From: Patescibacteria group bacterium
GTDB lineage: Bacteria > Patescibacteriota > Patescibacteriia > UBA9934
NCBI GenBank assembly: GCA_041666145.1
Contig: JBAYHK010000004.1
Location: 20,542-84,541, forward strand
DNA: 64,000 nt
Direction: 5' to 3'
Part shown: positions 8,629 to 18,757 of the stretch, one piece after another
Position numbering within the stretch: the first letter of the stretch is position 1
Layout of the letters: the number at the start of each line of letters is the position of its first letter
The notes under the pieces: model-generated
Database searches by the model: none
Seen by the model: only the letters and a program-made list of their open reading frames with translations
What the model was told of the DNA's origin: nothing
Made by a program: the position numbers and the translations under genes

Positions 8629-10665
8629 TCAGTAGAGATCGATGACCGCGTGCCCGTCGTATCCCCATCCCCAGTCGAAGGGCAGAGGGGAAATGGAAAC
8701 GCCTTCGAGGGTGACATCTTCACAATGATCGACGTCCTGGTAGAGCCACGTACCGTCACCAAAGTCGTGCTCCTCTCCGTAGGTCCCATCCGCGTCGTTG
8801 TCGAAGGGGCCGTTCAGAGCGACCGTGTGGCCGTGCACGAACAGGAAGTCGGTACAGAGCATGCCGAAGCCCTGCGCATAGCCCGGGAAGTCCCAGTCTG
8901 GGTCGAGGCTGCCGTCAGGAATGACGGTCCAGTCACGAATCCAGAGCTGCCAGGATACGCTCATGAGACCAGTCACCGGAGTAACGCAGATCTCCAAGGT
9001 ATCGGAGACATTCGCCAAGCCGTCGCAGTTGTCGTCCACGCCGTTCATGGACACTTCTTCGGCGTCAGGGTTGATCTCGGCATCCAGGTCGTTGCAGTCG
9101 CCGTCTTCCACGGTGAAGCCGTCGCTATCGGCGTCGGCGTCGTCGCAGGTCAGATCTTCGTCGACGCTGTCATCGCAGTCATCGTCCATGTCGTTGCAGA
9201 CTTCGTCGGCGGCGGGGTTGATGCCGGAATTTCCGTCGTCGCAGTCGGTGCTGTCGGAGACGTAGCCCTCGGGCGCGGAACAGGCAATCGCCGGAGTCCC
9301 GGAGCCGTAACCGTCATCGTCCATGTCGAGATAGAAGGAGGACATGAGCCCTTCATCCACCGCGCCGTCACAGTCGTCGTCGATACCATTGCAGGCTTCG
9401 GGGGCGCCGTTGTAGATGGCGGAGTCGGTGGGCTGGCAGTCCGTGATGTCCGGATCGCCGTCACCGTCGGTGTCGACCTCGGGCTCGGGTTCGCAGACAT
9501 CTCCTTCGTCGACGGCGGTGTCGCAGTCGTTGTCGATGGTGTCGCAGATCTCGGTGGCGCCGGGGTTGATGGCGGAGAGGAGGTCGTTGCAGTCGGTGTC
9601 GTCGGCGATGAAGCCGGTGGGAGCACCGTCACAGGTAGATTCCGAATTGGTGCTGTCGCCGTAGCCATCGCTGTCGCTGTCCGCGTACCAGGTGGCAAAG
9701 GGCAAGCCCTCGTCGATCTCGCTGTCGCAGTTGTCATTCACGCCGTTGCAGACTTCGGAGGCGCCGGGGTAGATGGCGATGTTGGAGTCGTTGCAGTCGG
9801 TGCTGTCGGAGACGTAGCCTTCGGGCGCAGAGCAGGCGGCAACGGAAACATCGATGTCCCCATAACCGTCCGTATCCGTGTCCCTGTAGAAGGCGTAGAG
9901 CTCAACTCCACTGTCCGCGGCGTCGACGAGCAGGTCACAGTCGTTGTCGATGGTGTCGCAGATCTCGGTGGCGCCGGGGTTGATGGCGGAGAGGAGGTCG
10001 TTGCAGTCGGTGCTGTCGGAGACGTAGCCTTCGGGCGCGGAGCAGGCGAGCATCATCATATCGGGGTCGCCGTAGCCGTCATCGTCATCGTCCACGAAGA
10101 AAGTGCTCGTGACGTCCTCATCGACGTCGCCATCGCAGTTGTCGTCGAGGCCGTTGCATTCTTCGGTGGCATCGGGATTGGTCTCGATGTCATCGTCGTC
10201 GCAGTCGCCGTCGATGGTGGCGTAGCCTTCGGTTCCGCAGGCCATGAAGCTTTCGCCGGTGCCGTAGGAATCGCCGTCGCTGTCGGTGTAGACAGGAACG
10301 TCGGCGTCCGTGACGTCAGCACTTTCATCGTTGCAGTCGCCGAAGTTGGTGCCCTCGGTCGAAGTGACTTCAATCCATTCTTCTTCCGGAGTGCCCGCGT
10401 AGATGCAGAAGCAGCCGGTGTGGAACGGATCCGAGACGCTCGCGTTGACGTAGGTGTCGCCGTCGGCGTCGGGGCAGTAGGCCTTGAGGGGGTCGGCGGA
10501 ACCGCTCACCACAAGGGCGAGACAGTCTTCAACGGTGGCGCCAGCCGGGAGATCTTTTCCCGTGGCATTGGTGCCAGGGATGTCGTAGATGTCATCGGTC
10601 TTGGTGGAACAGCCCATGAGGGCGAGGAGAAGGAGCGTAGCTCCGGAGATACTGGTGGATTTCAT
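8629..10665 (-). CDS. Lipoprotein with tandem Asp/Cys-rich putative metal-binding (MopE-related) repeats; GC-rich ORFan cassette
   Basis: Lipobox LLALMG-C; repeated D.DGDGYG...DCND...INPGATEICD.IDNDCD; visibly higher GC. Confidence 0.88.
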   Translation of the reverse strand: MKSTSISGATLLLLALMGCSTKTDDIYDIPGTNATGKDLPAGATVEDCLALVVSGSADPLKAYCPDADGDTYVNASVSDPFHTGCFCIYAGTPEEEWIEVTSTEGTNFGDCNDESADVTDADVPVYTDSDGDSYGTGESFMACGTEGYATIDGDCDDDDIETNPDATEECNGLDDNCDGDVDEDVTSTFFVDDDDDGYGDPDMMMLACSAPEGYVSDSTDCNDLLSAINPGATEICDTIDNDCDLLVDAADSGVELYAFYRDTDTDGYGDIDVSVAACSAPEGYVSDSTDCNDSNIAIYPGASEVCNGVNDNCDSEIDEGLPFATWYADSDSDGYGDSTNSESTCDGAPTGFIADDTDCNDLLSAINPGATEICDTIDNDCDTAVDEGDVCEPEPEVDTDGDGDPDITDCQPTDSAIYNGAPEACNGIDDDCDGAVDEGLMSSFYLDMDDDGYGSGTPAIACSAPEGYVSDSTDCDDGNSGINPAADEVCNDMDDDCDDSVDEDLTCDDADADSDGFTVEDGDCNDLDAEINPDAEEVSMNGVDDNCDGLANVSDTLEICVTPVTGLMSVSWQLWIRDWTVIPDGSLDPDWDFPGYAQGFGMLCTDFLFVHGHTVALNGPFDNDADGTYGEEHDFGDGTWLYQDVDHCEDVTLEGVSISPLPFDWGWGYDGHAVIDLY
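9524..10038. repeat. Near-identical internal DNA repeats in the MopE-like gene
   Basis: ~75-bp CAGTCGTTGTCGATGGTGTCGCAGATCTCGGTGGCGCCGGGG...GCAGTCGGTG at ~9524 and ~9938; GTCGTTGCAGTCGGTGCTGTCGGAGACGTAGCCTTCGGGCGC at ~9787 and ~9997. Confidence 0.85.
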
Positions 10666-10850
10666 GAAGAACCTCTGTCGAAAAGTGCACCACGCTAGTG
10701 GCGTCTCTGTTGTTGACGAATGCAGCCCGCTACTTTAGCGAGGCCGCATGTGTAGTCCAGTTCAGTTGGGAAAGATCCCAGCCGTTCCAGGCTTCAATTC
10801 ACGAAAATGTTAAACATTCGCGCAAGTTGAAGCCTGAAACAGGAGGGGTT

Positions 10851-10879
10851 AGGCTATCAGATTTAGGAAGTTCTGTCAA
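10851..10879 (-). promoter_or_regulatory. sigma70-type promoter for the MopE-like cassette
   Basis: TTGACA-17bp-TAGCCT followed by ~180-nt structured leader. Confidence 0.65.
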
Positions 10880-10943
10880 GAAGAAACCGAATTTTAGAAA
10901 AAACAAAAACGGCCAATGTTAGCCGTTTTTGTTGATAAGCTTT

Positions 10944-12278
10944 TTAAACTTCGTCTTCTGGAATGTTCAATCGCTTCCCAATAATCGCCACAACCTTTTC
11001 AACGTCAACGATTTCTTGCGCTCCAGACTCCATGTCTCGAATGATAATGGTACCGTCCAAAACTTCTTTTTGCCCAAGAATCACTGCGATTGGAGCCTTA
11101 ATTTTGTCTGCAATTTCGAGCTGCGCCTTGAGCGTTCCCTTTCCGAACGCCTCCCCCACTGCAATGCGTCCCTCACGGAACCTCTCATATACCGCCAATC
11201 CCTTTCGGCGGGCCGCCTCTCCAAGCTGACAGAAGAACACGTCAACTTTTGCACGACGTGGAGGCACAGATCCCGCGGCCTTCATTGCCATAACTAGTCG
11301 CTCAACTCCCAGTGCCGCACCGATTGCACTCGTATTTTCACGACCACCAAGCATAGGAATCAACCCATCGTATCGTCCACCACCGCCAAGAGCGAGACCT
11401 TCAAGTTCTGGAGTTCCTGCATTCGCAAGCGTCAATTCAAACGTGGTTTTTGTGTAGTAATCAAGACCACGAACTAAATATGGATTCAATGCATACGGAA
11501 CTTCTGTCTCATCCAAATACTCAAGCACCTTCATGAAATGCTGCTTCGAAACCTCGTCAAGATAGTCAAAAATCTGTGGAGCATCGGCCTTAAGCTCTTC
11601 CATCCCAGGCTCCTTTGAGTCCAGCAAACGAAGTGGATTCTTAATCAAGCGCTTTTGATCTGTCTCTGAAAGCTTCTTCTTATGCTGCTTGAAATACTTT
11701 ACAAGTTCAGCAACATAAGCCTTACGAGAAATCGGGGTGCCTAAAGAGTTTATTTGCACAACAACGTCCAATCCAAGATCTCGGCAAAAACGTTGGCTCA
11801 TGAGAATGACTTGCGCGTCAATAACAGGGTCGTCTGAACCAATCGCTTCAAGACCCCACTGCCAAAACTGACGATACCTTCCAGCTTGTGGACGCTCATG
11901 ACGAAAGAATGGCTCGAAATACCACATCTTCACCGGCTGAGACTGGTTCACCATTCCGTGTTCAATATATGCTCGAGCAACCTGAGCCGTTCCCTCTGGT
12001 CGCAAAGTCATTTTTACTCCGCCCTGGTCAACAAACGTAAACATCTCCTTTTCAACAATATCAGTATCTTTCCCAACTGATCGCTCAAAAAGAACGGTTT
12101 GTTCCAAGGCTGGCATACGAATACGACCAAATCCATAGGTCCGCGCCATTGAACGCGCCAAAAACTCAATCTTGTCCCAAGCAGACTGTTCATCTGGCAA
12201 AATGTCACGAAATCCTCGAAGTGCCTCTGGAGTCTTTGACTTTTTCTTTGCCTCTACCACTGGTTTTTCTTCTGCCAT
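10944..12278 (-). CDS. hisS: Histidine--tRNA ligase
   Basis: LRPEGTA, FRHERPQAGRYRQFWQ, LVRGLDYY, GGGRYDGL. Confidence 0.97.
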   Translation of the reverse strand: MAEEKPVVEAKKKSKTPEALRGFRDILPDEQSAWDKIEFLARSMARTYGFGRIRMPALEQTVLFERSVGKDTDIVEKEMFTFVDQGGVKMTLRPEGTAQVARAYIEHGMVNQSQPVKMWYFEPFFRHERPQAGRYRQFWQWGLEAIGSDDPVIDAQVILMSQRFCRDLGLDVVVQINSLGTPISRKAYVAELVKYFKQHKKKLSETDQKRLIKNPLRLLDSKEPGMEELKADAPQIFDYLDEVSKQHFMKVLEYLDETEVPYALNPYLVRGLDYYTKTTFELTLANAGTPELEGLALGGGGRYDGLIPMLGGRENTSAIGAALGVERLVMAMKAAGSVPPRRAKVDVFFCQLGEAARRKGLAVYERFREGRIAVGEAFGKGTLKAQLEIADKIKAPIAVILGQKEVLDGTIIIRDMESGAQEIVDVEKVVAIIGKRLNIPEDEV

Positions 12279-12312
12279 AGGAAATTAGAAAATACGGAAA
12301 TTCCTGCCGATC

Positions 12313-12927
12313 TTACTCTGAATACGTTGGAACATCAAATGTCGACACTCGATCAAACGGCAACCCACGAACCCAGACTCGTCCAATAAACTCATCCATA
12401 GTAACGGCGCCAAAGTATCTCGAGTCCAAACTCGCGTCTCGATTGTCTCCTAGAACATAGAATTCATCAGCTCCAAGCGTTCGACGATCCCGTCCTTCTG
12501 TGACTTCCCCGATATAATATTCTGTAAGCACAAATCCATTCGGAGACTCTAAATTGTAGATTGTAATCATCCCGTTACGAATCTCTACAGTCTCTCCTGG
12601 AAGGCCAATAACACGCTTAATATAATATTGATCTTCATGCTGCGGAGGTCGAAATACCACGATTTCCCCACGCTCCGGATTTCTGAATCGGAAAGTCAAC
12701 TCGTCAATAATGAGATATTCATTGTCATAAAAGTTCGGCTCCATCGACGCTCCCTTTACAACAAACGGCTGAATAAGAAAATATCGCACCGGAAGAATAA
12801 TCGCCAAAGCAAGCACTGCAATCTGCACAATCTCTGCAATAAACAAGGCGAATGCTCCTAATGAAGGCCCGAACCATCGTAAGAATGGATGAGCTTCAGG
12901 AGTCTCTTCTTTACGAGAAAAAATCAT
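12313..12927 (-). CDS. lepB: Signal peptidase I
   Basis: GASMEPNF, YIKRVIGLPGE, GDNRDASLDSRYFG. Confidence 0.95.
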   Translation of the reverse strand: MIFSRKEETPEAHPFLRWFGPSLGAFALFIAEIVQIAVLALAIILPVRYFLIQPFVVKGASMEPNFYDNEYLIIDELTFRFRNPERGEIVVFRPPQHEDQYYIKRVIGLPGETVEIRNGMITIYNLESPNGFVLTEYYIGEVTEGRDRRTLGADEFYVLGDNRDASLDSRYFGAVTMDEFIGRVWVRGLPFDRVSTFDVPTYSE

Positions 12928-13046
12928 AGTCACGCGCCACAATAGCATAGTCACACTCCCCCGTCACCTTGCGAGCCTTTTGCATTTTTGCTATCCTCCC
13001 ATCGATTCTTGAAAGAAGAAAGGTAGCGAATAAGAACGAGAAGTGT

Positions 13047-13170
13047 GTAAAAACTATTAAGTTTGTCGGATGCTAGGAGCCGCGAGGACCGAAGCGAGCC
13101 GTACTCAAATGTACGGCGAGCGAGGACCACAGCGGCGACAACGCAGCCGACAAACTTGGATAGTTTTTAC
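13047..13170. repeat. ~125-bp hairpin element, copy 1 (GTAC-loop-GTAC core)
   Basis: Arms GTAAAAACTA..AAGTTTGTCGG / CCGACAAACTT..TAGTTTTTAC; core GA-GCCGTAC-TCAAAT-GTACGGC-GA. Confidence 0.75.
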
Positions 13171-13172
13171 TA

Positions 13173-13248
13173 GGCTGGGTAGCTCAGTTGGTAGAGCACA
13201 GGACTCATAAGCCTGTTGTCGCGGGTTCGATCCCCGCCCCAGCTACCA
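13173..13248 (+). tRNA. tRNA with CAT anticodon (elongator Met likely; Ile2 not excluded)
   Basis: GGCTGGG..CAGGA-CTCATAA-GCCTG..GGTTCGATCC..CCCAGCTACCA; upstream TTGCGA-17-TATCCT promoter. Confidence 0.93.
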
Positions 13249-13283
13249 AAAAAGAACCGATTCTATCGGTTCTTTTTTATTCT

Positions 13284-13847
13284 CTACACTGTCCATGTTG
13301 TCTCTTGCAACGGACTCGATGAATCAAGCACCTCAAGCATCTTTGCAACAACGCGATCAATAACTCCGTGTTCTTCCTTCATAAACCTTTCAAGAACATA
13401 TTCCTCAAGCGGAATTCGTTCCGGTGGTGCGCTGATACCAATTTTCAATCGAGCAAATTCCTGCGTTCCAAGACATGCAATAAGCGATTTTAATCCGTTA
13501 TGCCCCCCGGCGCCTCCCTCTGTTCGATACCTTGCGTTTCCGAGCGGCAAATCAACATCGTCGGAAATAACCAACATTGCCGAAAGCGGAAGATGAAATC
13601 GATCAACAACCAATCGCACCGCTTCTCCAGAAGCGTTCATATACGTTGTCGGCTTCACAAGAATCGTCTTCGCGCCGTCAATATTTCCCTCGGCAACCAT
13701 GGATCGCAATACTGGCTCGTGTTTCCAAGAAAGCCCATGCGATTTCACGAAAGCATCAACCACCATGAACCCAACATTGTGACGTGTTCGTTCGTAATCT
13801 TTCCCTGGATTCCCGAGCCCTACAATGAAACGAGTATTAGCCTCCAT
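13284..13847 (-). CDS. pth: Peptidyl-tRNA hydrolase
   Basis: IVGLGNPG..YERTRHNVGF, KPTTYMNASG, GGHNGLKS. Confidence 0.96.
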   Translation of the reverse strand: MEANTRFIVGLGNPGKDYERTRHNVGFMVVDAFVKSHGLSWKHEPVLRSMVAEGNIDGAKTILVKPTTYMNASGEAVRLVVDRFHLPLSAMLVISDDVDLPLGNARYRTEGGAGGHNGLKSLIACLGTQEFARLKIGISAPPERIPLEEYVLERFMKEEHGVIDRVVAKMLEVLDSSSPLQETTWTV

Positions 13848-15213
13848 ACGTGGTGTGCGACTTTCGCGTTGCCGCGATACGAATTCGAATTGGTGTTCCT
13901 TCAAAGGTGTATTCCTCACGCAAAACATTCTCAACGAACCGCAAATACGAATCTGCCAACGAATCTTTTCGCGATAAGTTCACCTTAAGCAAAAACGTTG
14001 GCGGATTGGTAGCGATCTGATTGAATGAAAGAATTTTTGGATGCTTCACACCTTTTCCGCGGCTTGGTTTGTGCTTCATGATGACCCGCGAAATAAACGT
14101 TTTCATTTCTGCATCTGGCAGGTGAATAAAGCGCGCCTGGAATGCTTTATCAATGCAATCAAAAAGCGTCTTCGTTCGCTGTCCAGAAAGCGCAGAAACG
14201 AAAACAATCGGGGCATACTTTAAATGCGGCAATAAACTCCGCATGTATCGCTCTACTTCTGTGATCATTGTTGGGGTCTTCTGCTCAACTAAGTCCCACT
14301 TGTTTGCAACGATCACCACACTTACTCCAGCGTCGGCAAGAATGCCGGCAAGATGTTTATCTTGGGCCGTAATTCCCTGTTTTACATCAAGAACGAACAA
14401 CGCGACATCAGTACGCTCCAGAATTTTCAACGTTCGCTCTACTCCTTGCAATTCCAAATGTGCACCAGAATTTTTAATGCTCGACTGCTTACGAATTCCT
14501 GCAGTGTCAATAAATAAGTAATTCTTTTCATTATGTTCAAACGGTGCGTCATTTGGCTCTCGCGTAGTGTGAGCCATGTCTGCCGTAATAAAACGACGAG
14601 TGCCAAGCAAAGAGTTTAATAACGTAGACTTTCCAACGTTTGGTTCCCCAAGAACAGCAACACGCATGGTTGCAACATTCGAGACTGGCTGCGGCGGCAT
14701 TCCAATTTCAAGCAATTTTTCTCGAGCAATGTCTAAAACATCACCAACTCCAGTTCCCTGTTTCGCCGACACTGGAACCGGGCGAGGAAGCGGCCAAGAA
14801 CGCCAGTCATCACCATCGACTCTCGCGCGCAAAGTAACCGTATCCGCTTTATTTCCAAGGACAATCACCGGTTTCTTCTTTGCAAACAACAATTTCGCAA
14901 TCTCACGATCGTCAGCAGTTGGGCCGACCATCATGTCGACAACAAAAAAGATCAGATCAGACTCCTCAATCGCGATCGTTGCCTGTTCAACAATATTCTT
15001 TTCAATCTCATCAGCACGATCAACATTCAATCCACCGGTGTCCACCAGTCTCATCACTTCTGCACGCCAAATACAATCCGCCTCAAAACGATCACGAGTT
15101 GTCCCCGCAACACTACTCACTAACGATTTTTGTTCCTCGACCATTCGGTTGAACAATGACGATTTTCCAACGTTTGTCCTCCCAATGAGCGCGACCTTCG
15201 GAGTGCGGACCAT
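13837..15213 (-). CDS. der: Ribosome biogenesis GTPase Der (EngA)
   Basis: Two G domains: GRTNVGKSSLFN and GEPNVGKSTLLN; C-terminal FEGTPIRI. Confidence 0.96.
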   Translation of the reverse strand: MVRTPKVALIGRTNVGKSSLFNRMVEEQKSLVSSVAGTTRDRFEADCIWRAEVMRLVDTGGLNVDRADEIEKNIVEQATIAIEESDLIFFVVDMMVGPTADDREIAKLLFAKKKPVIVLGNKADTVTLRARVDGDDWRSWPLPRPVPVSAKQGTGVGDVLDIAREKLLEIGMPPQPVSNVATMRVAVLGEPNVGKSTLLNSLLGTRRFITADMAHTTREPNDAPFEHNEKNYLFIDTAGIRKQSSIKNSGAHLELQGVERTLKILERTDVALFVLDVKQGITAQDKHLAGILADAGVSVVIVANKWDLVEQKTPTMITEVERYMRSLLPHLKYAPIVFVSALSGQRTKTLFDCIDKAFQARFIHLPDAEMKTFISRVIMKHKPSRGKGVKHPKILSFNQIATNPPTFLLKVNLSRKDSLADSYLRFVENVLREEYTFEGTPIRIRIAATRKSHTTYGG

Positions 15214-15219
15214 ATCGCG

Positions 15220-16704
15220 CTAATTTAAAACTAAATCCATACCATTCTCACCAATAATAATGAGAAAATCAATATCTTCTCCGCTAACATCTGGCACAGT
15301 ACCAAGTCCATCTGGAACAACCGCATCAGACGATAAATACCCTTGAGGTGTCATAATGACGTCTGCATCAAGATATTTCTGAAGCGATGCAAGCTCTTCT
15401 GCCTTCTTCCCATTCGTATAATCAAAAATCATGGTCTTTTGATAATCACGCTCCGCAGCATTGCTTACTAAAGCGATCGTAAATCCAGAACTCTCAAGGA
15501 GCTCAGCAGTTCTCGCAGCTAAACCGAACGTCGGCGTTCCATTTTGAATCTCGATTCGTACGCCATCACTACCTGTTGGCGAACTCGGCAGAGCCGCCTC
15601 CTGCGACGTAACCATCGGTTTATCATCAAAAATGTTCTTCGCAATAAGCTTCAAGTCACTCCAATCTTCATTACGCGGCAAAATAACATATGCACCGTTT
15701 ATCATCGTCGAATACAAGGGACTCCCTGGAGCGGTGTCTAGCACCCGAGTCGCCAAAGCATTCCGATCAATCTTTGGAACATACTCTGCAAGACGCATCA
15801 TCTCCCACAATGACATATCCGTACTGACGTTCTTTCGAATTGTTGAAATAATGTTGTTCAACTTTGCAGGATTCAAAAGTACATTCAACGAAAGCGCGCG
15901 GTCTTTCACTGCGAGTAGTATTTTTTGCTGACGTGCAGCGCGCGCAAAATCTGATCCCTCTCCGCTGTCACCATGACGAGAACGCGCAAACTGCAGCGCA
16001 GTCTTTCCGTCCATATGCGCCCATCCCTCAGAAAAAGAAACGGTTGTCACGTTGCATTCCACGTCATCGATTGGATAGGTTGTGTCTGTAAAAGATTGAT
16101 CGATATACACGTCGATGCCCCCAATGTCGTCAACAATTTCTTCAAATCCATTAAAATCGACTCTCACTGCATAGTCGACTGTCTGGCCAAAAATAGTTTG
16201 AACTGTATTTGCCGCAGCAGTAACGCCAGAACCAGACTCGTTCATTTCCGCTAATGCGTTCACTGCGTTAATCTTTCGATAGCCGTACCCAGGAATCTCA
16301 ACTGTTAAATCACGAGGGATCGAGATCATTCCTACCTCGTTCGTCGACGGTTTATAACTCGCGAGAATCATAGTATCTGTAAGCTGCGGACCTGCATGAC
16401 CAGCACCACTAACACCAAGCAAAAGCACATTTACTCGATCGCCATCTTCTCCGCTCAGTGCTTTCTCTGGCGCAACGACAAGCCTCCTAAGAGAAGAAAA
16501 TAGAGAAAATCCGTTCGCCGCTTCCGGCTCCTCCGCTGTAGTATGAGTAATTTTCGTACTAGCAAATGCCGCAATAACAACAAAAAGCATCGCCCCGACA
16601 CTCAGCGCTTTCGTTACCGAGCTAATCTTTGATCGAGCATGACGCTCAGACAAGATGGGCGATGGTTGTTGAAGAAAATCTACCGACGAATCGTCGTTTT
16701 GCAT
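15220..16704 (-). CDS. LCP (LytR-CpsA-Psr) family protein with LytR C-terminal domain
   Basis: TDTMIL, SIPRDL, FARSRH..SDFARAARQQ; IQNGTPTFGLAAR. Confidence 0.92.
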   Translation of the reverse strand: MQNDDSSVDFLQQPSPILSERHARSKISSVTKALSVGAMLFVVIAAFASTKITHTTAEEPEAANGFSLFSSLRRLVVAPEKALSGEDGDRVNVLLLGVSGAGHAGPQLTDTMILASYKPSTNEVGMISIPRDLTVEIPGYGYRKINAVNALAEMNESGSGVTAAANTVQTIFGQTVDYAVRVDFNGFEEIVDDIGGIDVYIDQSFTDTTYPIDDVECNVTTVSFSEGWAHMDGKTALQFARSRHGDSGEGSDFARAARQQKILLAVKDRALSLNVLLNPAKLNNIISTIRKNVSTDMSLWEMMRLAEYVPKIDRNALATRVLDTAPGSPLYSTMINGAYVILPRNEDWSDLKLIAKNIFDDKPMVTSQEAALPSSPTGSDGVRIEIQNGTPTFGLAARTAELLESSGFTIALVSNAAERDYQKTMIFDYTNGKKAEELASLQKYLDADVIMTPQGYLSSDAVVPDGLGTVPDVSGEDIDFLIIIGENGMDLVLN

Positions 16705-16800
16705 ACGCTGGCAAACGAATAGAACTCGGGAAGAGTATACCGTAAACTGATTCTCCGCAACCGCGGCAAACAAAAAATCTCCATAAAACTGGAGATTTTT

Positions 16801-16877
16801 TGGTGGATGTTGGTGGGTTCGAACCACCGACCTCTGTCGTGTGAGGACAGCGCTCTAACCAGCTGAGCTAAACATCC
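16801..16877 (-). tRNA. tRNA-Val(CAC)
   Basis: Reverse complement GGATGTTTAGCTCAGCTGG..CTGTC-CTCACAC-GACAG..GTTCGAACC..AACATCCACCA. Confidence 0.94.
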
Positions 16878-16915
16878 AGGAAAACGTACCCAAGTTTGTT
16901 CAGCTTCGTTGCTCA

Positions 16916-16950
16916 CTCATAGGTCCTATAAGTCTTATAGGACCTATGAG
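16916..16950. repeat. Nonamer (ATAGGTCCT-type) palindrome
   Basis: CTCATAGGTCCTATAAG-T-CTTATAGGACCTATGAG, perfect 17-bp arms. Confidence 0.85.
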
Positions 16951-17000
16951 CTACTCGCCCCTAGAATCCGACCAAAGAAAATATCTGAAACGAGAAGTGT

Positions 17001-17127
17001 AGAGAACGCTTTTTATTTCGGCCAGTTTCGATGAACCAGGAGGAAAGTTCGTGAAACGTACTTCTTGGTACGTTGAACGAATTTCCGACGCAGTGAGTCG
17101 AAAATGGACAAATAAAAAGCGTTCTCT
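17001..17127. repeat. ~125-bp hairpin element, copy 2
   Basis: AGAGAACGCTTTTTATTT / AAATAAAAAGCGTTCTCT arms; core GGAAAGTTCGT-GA-AACGTAC-TTCTTG-GTACGTT-GA-ACGAATTTCC. Confidence 0.85.
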
Positions 17128-17212
17128 GGTGCCGCGGGAGGGACTCGAACCCTCAATCCCTTACGAGAAACGGATTTTGAGTCCGTCGCGTATACCATTC
17201 CGCCACCGCGGC
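17127..17212 (-). tRNA. tRNA-Leu(CAA)
   Basis: GCCGCGG..ACGGA-CTCAAAA-TCCGT, long variable arm, ..CCGCGGCACCA. Confidence 0.95.
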
Positions 17213-17277
17213 GTACGCGGAAAAAGTCTAGCACATCATAGTCGAAAAGCTCAAGATATGGTATCCTCGCGCCGTAT

Positions 17278-17742
17278 ATGACGCTTACTACCCATGCAGC
17301 CATTGGCGCTGCAATTGGAAGCGCAGTTGGAAATCCAATTCTCGGATTCGTATTAGGAGCGACTTCTCACTTTCTTGTCGACATTATTCCCCACGGAGAC
17401 AACCAACTCGCCGACCTTTTCCGTATCCACAAAAAACGTCGAAAACTTGCCGTAGCATACGTAACAATTGACGGAGTTCTTGCAATGTACATGATCATGG
17501 CCGTCTTCCTTGCAAGAACGAACGGAACCCACGTCGCCTTTGCCGCGGCAGTGGTCGGCAGCGTCCTTCCAGATCTTCTTGTTGGAATGTCAGAAATCTT
17601 CGGCGGAAAGCTTCTCAAGCAATTCTATAAATTTCACTTCTTTTTTCACGACCTTCTCTCTCGCAGACGAGGAGACATAGCACTAAGATACGCCATTCTC
17701 GGACAGGCAGTTTTCATCGCAATCATGCTCAAACACATTTAA
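17278..17742 (+). CDS. Membrane protein, YdjM-like metal-dependent hydrolase
   Basis: TTH, SHFLVDIIPH, SVLPDLL, HFFFH motifs, hydrophobic segments. Confidence 0.7.
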   Translation: MTLTTHAAIGAAIGSAVGNPILGFVLGATSHFLVDIIPHGDNQLADLFRIHKKRRKLAVAYVTIDGVLAMYMIMAVFLARTNGTHVAFAAAVVGSVLPDLLVGMSEIFGGKLLKQFYKFHFFFHDLLSRRRGDIALRYAILGQAVFIAIMLKHI

Positions 17743-17785
17743 AATGAGGCTCAAGCCTCATTTTTCTTCACTCTTGAGAATCTTT

Positions 17786-18757
17786 CTATAGTTGCGGCCA
17801 GGTAAACGTCGAAAATGCCCAAATTGCCAAAGCCTTCGCATCAGCAAATCTGTCTTCTTTCGAACTCGCGCCAAGCACGGCAACGAAAACCTCATCCCCG
17901 TCATGAACGATCGTCGTGACGAAACAATATCCAGCCTCTGGAATGTATCCAGTCTTTCCTCCGCTAATTCGATAGTCGCCACTATTCAGAAGCGAATCGA
18001 ACAAGGCGTCTGTAGATTCGACGGTTATTGCCAGGCCGCTTGCCTGCGAAATCGGCAGACGTTTCGTCGTCATGAACGTCTTTAGCCAGTCAGACTTTTT
18101 TGCTTCAGCAAGCAAAAGTTGCAAATCTCTCGCAGTCGAAACATTTCCACTTTCAATTCCAGAAACTTCGACAAATGAGCTCGAAAACATCCCAAGCGCC
18201 TGCGCCTTCGCATTCATCGCGAGAATAAAATCTTCACTCGACAATCCAGACAATCGAGAAAGTGCCTTCGTTGCCGTATTGTCCGACCCAACAATGCTCG
18301 CGCCCAAAACATCTTTAAGCAAAATTCCATCATCAAAATTCAAATTGACCCTACCACCGCCAATGTAATCATCATCTTCGATCTTCACCCAAGAATAAAG
18401 GTCGGGTTGAGCGTCGAGAAAGACGAGTGCGGTCATCAATTTCGTAATACTTCCAATCGAACGCACATCGTCAGCATTCTTCGAAAACAATGTCGCGCCG
18501 CTTGTAGGGTCTATAACAATCGCGCTTTTCGCATCTGTTACCACGCCATAGCTTGAAAGATCGACTTTCTTTGGCGGCAAAATACGATTTCCCGCTTGCG
18601 GTAGCGTTGGTACCGAAGTAAGAGAAAAAAGTGGAGCAGCAAGTACGGTTGGTGTAATAGGAGTTCCAAGCTTCCATTCCAAGTTCGCTGCATCAATCGG
18701 AACAATCCTCAATGCAGTCACCGCAAGAAGCATTTGTGCGACGACTCGAGAAATCAT
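17786..18757 (-). CDS. Peptidase S11 D-Ala-D-Ala endo/carboxypeptidase
   Basis: SITK (SxxK), SDN, KTG motifs. Confidence 0.92.
   Translation of the reverse strand: MISRVVAQMLLAVTALRIVPIDAANLEWKLGTPITPTVLAAPLFSLTSVPTLPQAGNRILPPKKVDLSSYGVVTDAKSAIVIDPTSGATLFSKNADDVRSIGSITKLMTALVFLDAQPDLYSWVKIEDDDYIGGGRVNLNFDDGILLKDVLGASIVGSDNTATKALSRLSGLSSEDFILAMNAKAQALGMFSSSFVEVSGIESGNVSTARDLQLLLAEAKKSDWLKTFMTTKRLPISQASGLAITVESTDALFDSLLNSGDYRISGGKTGYIPEAGYCFVTTIVHDGDEVFVAVLGASSKEDRFADAKALAIWAFSTFTWPQL

Noticed and set aside
8320-10698. 792-aa plus-strand ORF
   Set aside because: Val/Gly/Ala-rich antisense shadow of the GC-rich repeat lipoprotein; also overlaps rpsU
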